A stretch of 36,030 bases of DNA from Halocafeteria seosinensis. Taxonomy: Eukaryota. Under the pieces are notes generated by a model. That model saw only the letters and a program-made list of their open reading frames with translations, did not search any database and was not told the origin of the DNA. Position 1 is the stretch's first letter, and each line of letters opens with the position of its first letter. A program made the position numbers and the translations under genes. This document shows positions 23,937-33,051 of the stretch, in pieces. The stretch covers positions 310,001 through 346,030 of the forward strand of contig LVLI01000202.1 of NCBI GenBank assembly GCA_001687465.1. The letters are read 5' to 3'.

Positions 23937-24497
23937 TTAGTTATTCATTTTACGGTACCTCTGGCGCGACGCAGGCATGGTATCCATCAGGGGGATAGAA
24001 AAAATACGACGCGAGTTCTCCGCTTCCGCGTTGCCATCTTGAGCTCCATTAGACTGCTGTTCATAATCATTAAGTTTTACTGGTGCACGTTTCTCATTTC
24101 CTCTGAGCTTTTGCGTATGCATCATGTTACCAAACCATGGCAACCATGAAAGTCTGTTTCCGTTTTCGTCTTTCTTCCCTTCCAGAAACATCTCCTGGAT
24201 TAGCTGCTTCATGTATGCTTGCGCTTCTCCAGAGTTAGAGTAGGAAAGACATCGCTGATGTCTCAGATCACAAATAGGATAGGATGGAGGACAGCAGTGA
24301 ACATGATCTGAACAGCAAGTTGCTTTCGGGAAAATGCAACATGACGGGGGCCCCGAGGAGGAAGGACAGCATGTGTCATCTCCTGGACAAGAGTACCCTC
24401 CTCCACAATCTGTCCCAAACGATTCTGCTGCCATCATACTCAGTGTCGCAATTAATGCTGTAAGCATAGTACCTCTCGTACGGCTCTTAACTGTCAT
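23937..24497 (-). CDS. Secreted single-granulin-domain protein
   Basis: A hydrophobic signal-like stretch (MLTALIATLSMMAAESFG) precedes a 12-Cys pattern C-x5-C-x5-CC-x8-CC-x6-CC-x5-CC-x6-C-x6-C that includes ATCCSDHVHCCP. The start is either 24497 or 24467. Confidence 0.85.
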   Translation of the reverse strand: MTVKSRTRGTMLTALIATLSMMAAESFGTDCGGGYSCPGDDTCCPSSSGPPSCCIFPKATCCSDHVHCCPPSYPICDLRHQRCLSYSNSGEAQAYMKQLIQEMFLEGKKDENGNRLSWLPWFGNMMHTQKLRGNEKRAPVKLNDYEQQSNGAQDGNAEAENSRRIFSIPLMDTMPASRQRYRKMNN

Positions 24498-25006
24498 TTT
24501 CGTTTCTGTTCGTTCGAAGTGTCGGGAGCGGACCTGTATTTTCGAAATGAGAACATGCAAATACATTACTTTAAAGACGGTAAACTCTGCTACAGCCCCA
24601 GGGAATCGATTGCTACATGCAGAGCAAGGAGGAGACGCACCGCAAATAAAGAAAGAAAGGAGACAATGCACGCTCATGCCCACAGACACCACCCCGGCGT
24701 CCGCTGTGCCGCACACCAAACGCGGTAGCTAATAAGTCACACAGAGAGCCTCCAGACCCCAGCTCATCCATGAAGACACCGGGTTAAATAAAGAGCAAGT
24801 TCATGTAATCTTAGGTACCGAAGAAGAGAAATTGCTGATATTTTAAGGCAAAATAGGCCCGAGAAAGCGAAGTTCAAACAAGCCACCTACCGATGATTTC
24901 AACCGTAATACTCAACCCCTTTCTTTTCCCATTAAGGCGAGTACGCCGAATGAATGATAATACAAATAAATCAATGATTCGATTCTTTCAACATGAAATT
25001 CTGTGC

Positions 25007-25024
25007 CTAGGCCCTAGGGCCTAG
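25007..25024. repeat. Perfect 18-nt palindrome CTAGGCCCTAGGGCCTAG
   Basis: Self-complementary by direct reading. It lies in the divergent intergenic region between the granulin gene and SURF1. Confidence 0.9.
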
Positions 25025-25323
25025 CTAGCGGTCAGCTGGAAGTTGAAGTACTGGCCCGCAGCCTAGAAGCGACTGTATTGTATTGTACAATGTTGTTGTA
25101 CGATGGAAAAATAAAAGATGCCACATGGGAAATAATGGACAACACCGTTGCACTAGATACAGGCATGAAATCTGAGTTCCTCAATACCGACGACGAAGAG
25201 ATCCTATGGCATATTTGTCAATTCGGTGTCCAAGTGTAGAATCCGCGGAGTGGTAGGTTTAATCCTTCACGAATTGTGCACCTTACGGCTGCAATACGAC
25301 ATAGGATACGCGTAATTTGTACC

Positions 25324-26473
25324 ATGATGCTGTCGGTGGTTCGCGGGAAGAGTGCTCGCAGTGTTTTGGCAGTGTCCAAATACCATGGCAATCTCATAGT
25401 ACGGCATCCAACAAAACAGCTACTTGCGCGTGCTACAGCTCTACACGCGAACAAGGGGTACCCTGGATGCAGTCAGCAGTATCTCAGTACCAGTTCAAGT
25501 TCCGAAGGTGGTAATGAACGAGGAGAAGGCAACACTTCACGCACTCGCAACATCTTTGGGTTCACGTTTTTTGGCTCGTTGGTACGTCAGACTATTGAGT
25601 GTGATATTGTGCGCCAAAGCAATCTATATGCTTTACTTCTTATATTCCAGGTGGCCCTCACAGCGTATCTTGGACAATGGCAAACGCGGCGCTACTTTTG
25701 GAAAACGAATCTAATGGAAGAACGAAGGAAAGAACTTGAGCGGGAGCCACGAGCCATGGCGGAAGTGCTCTCTAAGGAAGAGTCTCAAGAAGTTCTGAAG
25801 GACAGAGACGTCGTTATCAAAGCAAGAATCGATAGTGGCAAACCTCGTACGGATTTGGCTATGTATGTGGGGCCTAGGCCACCTCCTCAGTCCCCAGAAA
25901 CACGACAGGGAGGAATGGCCTCTAGTGCAAAAGAGCAAGGGTATTACCTCGTCCTCCCCGTTGAATTCGATTGCGGCTTTATTCTCATGAAGTGTGGTTG
26001 GATCGGTGCTAGTGATAGTGACCAGGAATTAGCATTATCATTACCATCAACATTTACACAAGACGAATCCGTGGAGGGCATGCTTCACCACGGCGAAACG
26101 GTCAGTGCCAGCTGAGAGCACTATTGCTTCCTCGCCAATATAGCAACTGTAGTGCTTTGTTCTTGTTTTGCAGTCCGGGTACTTTCTTCCTCCGAATGAT
26201 GCTGCAAGCGGGATATGGCGATGGTTTGATGCCGACGGAATGAAATCTCATATTTCGGGAAAGATTGGAAAAGACTATTGCTTCGCCTCAGATGTCATTT
26301 TTGAAGTACTTCCAAAAGGGCCATTCTTCCAGAACTCACAGCAAAAGTCTTTGGACGAGTACGCAAAGTTCTATGTTGAGCCAGCGACTCATATTTCGTA
26401 CGCAGTCACGTGGTTCTCTTTGTCAGCGCTCGGACTTTTCATGACTCGTAAACTGCTAGCCAGAGGCAGGTGA
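25324..26473 (+). CDS. SURF1: SURF1/Shy1 cytochrome c oxidase assembly factor
   Basis: Basic, Ser-rich mitochondrial presequence-like N-terminus, then LGQWQTRRYFWK, YVGPR, GYYLVLP, ILMKCGWI, PNDAASGIWRWFD and HISYAVTWFSLS. Two GT-AG introns. Confidence 0.9.
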
Positions 26474-26496
26474 TCGGATCGTGATCGGAGCCTTGC

Positions 26497-27296
26497 TTAT
26501 TCAGCAGGAAGTTCGATGGCCTCGTTTAGAGCATATTTCAGCAACCTCTCAGGCGTATTCAGTCCTGACGTGAAGTTCTGCATGAAGTATAGCTTTGGTT
26601 TCGAAGTCAGACAGTACTTGTACATCCGAAAGTGCATATAGTAAGACCGTAAAATGTAGTCATAAGCAGCCTCCGCATGCTCAGGGGTCAATACTTGTGC
26701 GCTGCATATTGAAGATGGAGGTATCCTTTATCCCTCGCATTAGTTCTGATATTTAGCTTACCTCCATGGAGATCGCTCCACTGAATGACCCAGCAATAAT
26801 TCACTGAAATGGTTGGCGCTTTCATCCATAGAGATTTCCCACCGTTCCGTATCAGCCCTCAATATGGCAAACACAATGGCCAAAAGCACGGATGTTTCCG
26901 CTAAAGAGAAGTCATTGTCGCGGCAAAACCTGCACAGCGACGTACCGACGGAAAGTGAGCAAGTATCCACCTTTATCATTTACCATACGCGACTTACGCT
27001 AACGCATAGTAGAGTTGGTCCTCCACCAGCGGTGCACTCTCTTCGAATGGCCACTCACATGTTTGGACTAATGTCCTGCAAGTCAGCACGTCAAGTCTTA
27101 GGGGAGCTTAGCGTTAAAATACGTCGTTGGATACACACTCTTTTATCTCGCGTTCATCCACTGTTTTCTCAAGACGTTCCAGGACATCTTGTGGGAAAAT
27201 TGTCCATGTTAGTTGGGTAGCCTGCAAAGAACAACAGGAAATAGAGCACGATATCGAGACTGGATGATGCTTCACATGGGCAACACCCCTTACCAT
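26497..27296 (-). CDS. CFAP119: Flagellar central-pair C1a subunit (C1a-32/CCDC189/CFAP119-like)
   Basis: FCRDNDFSLAETSVLLAI..SANHFSELLLGHSVERSPWS..YDYILRSYYMHFRMYKYCLT matches the family pattern as I recall it. The first coding exon is the ATG alone (27296-27294, followed by GTAAGG). Confidence 0.75.
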
Positions 27297-27660
27297 TGTG
27301 GGTATAGAGTAGCTTGAAACAGCAGGCAGTCCCTTGGTTCATGTACGCTGTGACAAAGAACCAACTTCGATCCAATAAGAAAAACCAAAGCACCGATGAA
27401 CACATGCAATAGCTCTGGTTCTGCAGCAGCTAATGGCAACTTCCCAACGTTAACCGTCTTCCTGGCTGACGTTCACAAGCCCACGCTAACAGCTTCAGAT
27501 GCTCTGGTTCCGTGGTGAAGGCGAGGTTTGTTCTCTGGAGGTGCTATACGTGTATTTGTCAACGGTCTACAAACTATAAGGGAGCTAGAAGGAACTGAAT
27601 GAACGACGCATTGGGACCGAACGGCTAAGGGACGGCCCTGACAGAACACTGCATAAGACG

Positions 27661-29052
27661 ATGACTTCCCCCGAAAGCAATAACAACAACAATGGCGGTG
27701 GTGGCGGCACTCAGCAGCAAACAGGCAAGGATAAGAGCGTCCTTGTTGGATCGAATAGCTCTCTTACAGAAGCTGCGCGAGGAATGTTCTGTGGTATCTT
27801 GTACGGTGTGACTTCTCCTCTCGTCGGACATCCAATTGACACGGTTAAGACGAAGGTGGGTGTTGCATAGGTATCCATTGGAAACAGCAAGTGCTCTTCA
27901 CTCAATGCTTTCTTCATGCTACAGATGCAAGCACAAACTACGTACGTGAAAGGTGGCTCGATTCGAACATTGGTCAAAGTTGTAAAGACCGAAGGCTTCT
28001 TGGCGCTGTACCGGGGATTATTGCCACCGTTGATCGGCAGCGGTATCTTCGTAAGTAGCTACATGGAAAGGTGATTAGCTGTATTTGTGTGCAATTATTA
28101 GCTTCTTTCCTTTTGTCTTACTTGCTGCACTACAGCGTTCTGTTCAATTCGCCGGATTCACCGGGGCGTAAGTTCCAAGTCCTCCCTGACAGTTTTGCAA
28201 TGCTACTTGATACTATGTATACGCTTTTACATCACCTTCTGCAGCTATGCATGGTCTAGGGATAGTCCCTTCCTAACTTCAGAGATCCCTTTTTCTGGCG
28301 GCATGCAGTACAGGTAAGTTCTCACGATATGAACCAGTCCTGAACCCGATGTTGAATATGGTATGCATATTCCCTCGCAGAGTCGTTTTTAGTGGTATCT
28401 TCGGTTCAACGTGTCGGGCAATTCTTGAGACTCCGCTAGAATTTATCAAGGTTCGCCTTCAGGTCGGGCAGAAATGGCGTCTTCACGATTCCATTAAGGA
28501 CACATTGAAACATCCCGTCGCTGAAACGAGGAACATCTTTCAGGGGTTTGGGATCACGTTGCTTAGAACAAATGGATTGATGACTACGTTTTTCATTCTG
28601 AATGATCACCTTGCTCGGCACCATTCTGATCTGATTAGCATACCTGTGCTTGGCAACTTCATCAAAGGCGGGGTGTGTTCAACGCTCTCATGGTGGTTAA
28701 TTTGGCCGTTTGAAAACTTGAAATCCCAAGTTCAAGCTGAGACGGAAGGAGTAGCAAAAGGGTCTTCATGGGTTGTTCGAGCGAAACATGTGTATGTATG
28801 CGTTTGGAACTACCTGAGGATTGTTGATACATGTACTTTCCCTCTCGTACAGAATTAAAGAGAAAGGAGTTATCGGTCTTTACCGAGGTATCGGACCCGG
28901 GAGCGCCCGAAGTCTTATCGCCAACGGGTACGTCGCCCCTGTCTATCCCAATCATGTGCTTTGTTTGATGCTCGTCATGTAGGATGACATGCAGATTCTC
29001 GATGATTATGTATAGTCAATGTCAGGCGTTGATGCAGAAAGGGGACGCGTAA
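27661..29052 (+). CDS. Mitochondrial carrier family (SLC25) protein, probably of the amino-acid/carnitine carrier group
   Basis: Three Px[DE]xx[KR] signatures: HPIDTVKTKMQ, TPLEFIKVRLQ and WPFENLKSQVQ. Also EGFLALYRG and GVIGLYRG. Multi-exon; TAA at 29050-29052. Confidence 0.9.
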
Positions 29053-29626
29053 CGGGGCACATTGTTATAATAAAAAGCAAATACACAATGAAACCACAAA
29101 GCATATGCGATGTCGGCATCTCAATTTTATCTTAATCGAGGGTCATTTTGTATAATGTGGCCAATCGGCTTCGGCTCGAGACGTCGCACGTTGCCAGCGG
29201 TCGCAAGTTGCGACCGACAACTACTCAGCAGTAGTTTCTGGAGCTGTATTGAACAGAATCTCCATCAAGTTGACCACGTCAAGATGGAAATAGTAATTTC
29301 ATATGATTGTCTTGGTAGTAGTGGATCCTTCGTAGACTTCATTCAACAGGGACTATATGAGCTTCTTGACGTGAGGGTTGAACTTACGTTTTTGACCGAA
29401 ATTCAGTGCCAGTGTATACACGACGCTTGTGTGCAACAGTAACAGATCATCCTGAGCATACATGATTGTATTCGTTTGCGTTATCCAGCTTGTAGTCGTT
29501 TTGGATGGAAAGAAATAGGGACTGAGGAGGTACATGGGCTTGGCGCCAAAACCCGGCAATACAACTGTCGATTCGTACTGTTTACGGTTAACTCCAGCAA
29601 GACTGCTCGCATTCGCGGACGCTAGG

Positions 29627-32491
29627 ATGGGCGATAAATCCCCCTCCGTTAGTGAGGATGACTACTATTCAGACGGAACAGTGGACGGATTTGAAGACGA
29701 CGAAGATAATGATGAGGAGCAACAACAGGAGCAGGAAGATCTCAACAATCTTCGCGTCATGGCTAGAATTCGGCCTCCAGCAGGAGAGGACGAACAAGGA
29801 GCTGATGATTGCCTACATATATCCGAGGATCAGTCAAGCATCACAGTAAGTTGCTAATAAGCTGCTGTTGAGGAAATACATACGTAGACTGTCGGATACC
29901 CACTACGTTTGGGTAATGGTTACAGGTGCGAAGCATGAAAGCTGCTCCGAAAGACTGGAAGGAGCAGGGTCAGGCATTGACGCAAGAATTCAAATGTGAG
30001 AGTTACCCCGATGCCACACAGAGGGAGTTTAGTAGAGCAGCAAGGCTAGACAAATACCTGAACTTGGCATTTGATGGATATAACAGTGCAGTCTTAGCGT
30101 ATGGTCAAACCGGATCTGGTAAGACATATACAATATTTGGAAGCACTCCCGGCTTAGCAGACCCAAAATATAGGGGAAGAATCAAGCGGCGGCGTGCAAG
30201 CATGACAATGCAAGAGCATGGTCCGGCAAATACTCTTTCAGATTTTGGTCTTGCTCCGCTGGCGGCGAAGAGACTGTTTGAGATCCTGGATATGAAAACG
30301 GCGATGCAACTCGGCGAAGAGGCGGGAGTTGTTGTCGACAAGTCAAAGAGGAAGAATGATCCTTCGAAGGAAGCATACGACTATAAGGTATCAATATCTA
30401 TGGTGGAGATATACAACGAACAACTGCATGACCTATTAACGGGCTTGCAAAGTAATGATGATTCTGTGAAAGGTAAGTGGCGTATCCACCGCCGGCTCGG
30501 GCAACAGTTACCCATCGATCAACCTGAAACTGTTCGCAGGTGCCAGCGGAAAGAAATCTCAACGGCGTTCGTCTATATCCGAAAACATGCCAAAGGATAG
30601 ATTGAACAAGAAGCCTTCGAAAGGACCTGACTTGGCGATACGGTATAACTCTTTAAGAGGGGACTACTATGTAAAAGGGGCTGAATGTGTAGAAGTAGGC
30701 GACGCACAGGAGGCCGTGGGTGTCGTCGAACACGGGCTTACTAACAGGGTGTACGCTCAACACAATCTTAATGAAAGGTCATCCCGGGGACACTGTTTGC
30801 TTACTTTCTACATTGATGCTGTGCCTCAGCATCAGCCCAAAGGCCTGGGCACAAAGAACACTGAGGCCGCCAGATACGGTAAACTTCTGTTTGCAGATCT
30901 TGCGGGTAGTGAGAACTTGCGGGCTAGTGGTTCGAAAGGACATAGGGCTAAAGAAACTGCAGCCATCAACAAGTCATTGTTTGCTCTCGGCAAGCTAGTA
31001 GATGCCGTCGCAAAGGAACAGAAAAAGATTGATGCATATAAGCGTGGTTCAGTAGCCGGACAACTGCCTTCTGTCAAGGGGAGCTCTCCTCCAAAGCAAC
31101 AACAAACTAGCACACCTTATCGCGACAGCAAACTGACGATGCTGTTACGTGATTGCTTAGGTGGAAATTCATGCACTTTAATGGTAGCCTGTATTTCTCC
31201 AAGTGATGAGCACGGTCCGGAGAGCCTTAGAACTCTGCGTTTTATGGCGAGAGCTTCAGAGGTGAAGAACGCGGCGAAAGCTCATGTTTCCCCTAAGGAT
31301 GAATTGATCGAGCAGCTGCGTAGTCAGATTCGAAAACTTAAAAAAGAAAACGAAGCCCTGAGACAAAAGAGCAGTCGAGCATCCGTTGCGGACAAAGATT
31401 CTCAAAGTGAGGGATCTCGTGTCTCTCGACAGCGGATTCCAAAGCAGCCCTCAAAAGGGGGCTCTAAAGCTCCCTCCTTTGAGTCCAGCAGATCTGTGCA
31501 AGGCACCAACGATTCATTCCATTCTGCCGGCTCTGTTCCCCCGTTGGGTAGTTCTACTACCCCTGAAAAGCAGCGACAATCTCCCCGGCAAACCAATGCT
31601 AGCACTCGGGAAAACGGTGAAAGTGTTGGTCGCTCCCCTCGAAGCGGCTCAGATTCCGTACAGTACCAAACACCATCCCAACTACGTGAAACGGCTCGTC
31701 AGGAAGCGGAGAGCGGGGATGGCACATCGTTAGACAATCCCGGAATGGAACTACCGGAAATGATGAACGGTCCACGGAAGAAAGAGGAGAGAGGCAAGTC
31801 CCCGAGAGATGCGGGTATCGCCAGAAACAGTAAAGACGTAGTACGACCGCAAGGGGAGTCTCCTGCGGAATTTCAGAGCCCACGTCAGCCCAATCAAAAG
31901 CCACCGAGAACCGAAAAAAAACCTGTGCACTCTGGGAGGCGCCTCAAGGCTATAGAGAAGACAAATACCAGTAACTTTCGTTCTCCCCGTGCAGCTACAG
32001 GAAACGCGTCTCCGAGCTCGGGGGAGGTCGGAGAGCTCACAGGAACCCCCGATACACAAGGGAAGTCCCAAAGTCTTCGTCCCGATGACTATCCTCGTAG
32101 ACAGTTGAATGGAGAGGGCGCAGATGGTATGACTGATACCCCTGGAATTGACGGTGCTGTCCCTGCTTCTGGTGGATACAGTAGCGAGATGTCTCACTCG
32201 CATGTGGCCAACGGATTGAATAACACTGGTGATGGTACTCCCGAGGATTTCAATATAGGCCACACTTCTCGAGCAAACGCTGGAGGAACATTCGATACTG
32301 GAGGGGATCACAATGTTGCGACGCAAAACGGAACGGAAATGAGTCCCGGGCTGGATGAACAACACAATAGTGAGGACCACGTCCGACAGGTGGACGACAT
32401 TGACGACAGTGTCTTGGACCGTCTTGAACAACAGATAAATTCTGGCCCTTCTTTTCTAGATAATGATTTCGAAAATGAAGAGTCACATTAA
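29627..32491 (+). CDS. Kinesin, KIF12/kinesin-16-like, catalytic motifs intact
   Basis: Exons 29627-29845, 29926-30472 and 30540-32491. Motifs LRVMARIRP, AYGQTGSGKTYT, NERSSRGHCLLTFYI, YGKLLFADLAGSE and PYRDSKLTMLLRDCLGGNSCTLMVACISP, then a short coiled coil and a disordered tail. Subfamily is by motif resemblance only. Confidence 0.88.
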
Positions 32492-32546
32492 TAAAACGAA
32501 AGATCCAATTGGCTTCTACGCAGCTCTTGTCTTTGTGTCTATTCTC

Positions 32547-32792
32547 GCTGGGACCCCACTACGTCGCAGCCTATGTCGCAGGAGGATGCGAACTTTATCT
32601 GGCTCAGTCTGGCTTCTTCCTCTTGTGATGCAAGTCCCTTCCGTGAGTCCTCGGTTGTACTATAGCCGTTGAGCGCTTCCATTTAGAGCCGGCCCAAGGG
32701 GTTGTTTCTCGGTCGCTGAGCGGTTCGTGGACCACTGTGGTTCGGTGCGACTCCGTGCCCGGCTTAACGGCGGGCGGGGACGAGGTCCCAGC
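32547..32792 (+). ncRNA. Candidate structured RNA (family not recognised)
   Basis: A 9-bp terminal stem encloses at least six further helices, with G-U pairs that work on the + strand. The segment is GC-rich against AT-richer flanks. Confidence 0.55.
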
Positions 32793-33051
32793 TAAGATTC
32801 ATCAATGTATACAAGGTGGATATTGTGGAAAGTTTGTTGATGGGGTACTTACAATACTGTGATACGAAGCTAATCATTAGTTTTTCATTTTTGGAGCGAC
32901 GGGGGGGAGGAATGGAATTTGCAACTTGGTGAATTCGCGCGGGGGTCAGCCGAAAAGAGTGCTTCAACAAGGAGGAAAAGGAGGCTATATCGAGGTATAG
33001 AGCGCCCTTTATAAGCTCGTGTGCAGTGTGGAGATACTATTAAATACGAAC

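Noticed and set aside
26721..26729. GTATCCTTT, a perfect U12-type 5' splice-site consensus on the + strand
   Set aside because: It is antisense within an ordinary GTAAGC..AG intron of the minus-strand CFAP119-like gene and lies downstream of the SURF1 stop; no plus-strand exon uses it.
27679..27708. AAC/AAT and GGC/GGT triplet runs
   Set aside because: Ordinary poly-Asn and poly-Gly coding microsatellite at the N-terminus of the SLC25 carrier.
32538..32800. HDV-like ribozyme, telomerase RNA or SRP RNA identity for the structured element
   Set aside because: An L3-like TTCTCGC and a GCTAA are present, but there is no matching P1 or P2 partner strand. There is no CCCTAA-type template and no SRP helix-8 motif.
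32846..32894. TACTTAC (U1 5'-end-like) and ATTTTTGG (Sm-site-like) motifs
   Set aside because: The U1 sequence does not continue as CTG, the spacing is far too short, and no U1 or U2 stem-loops are present.
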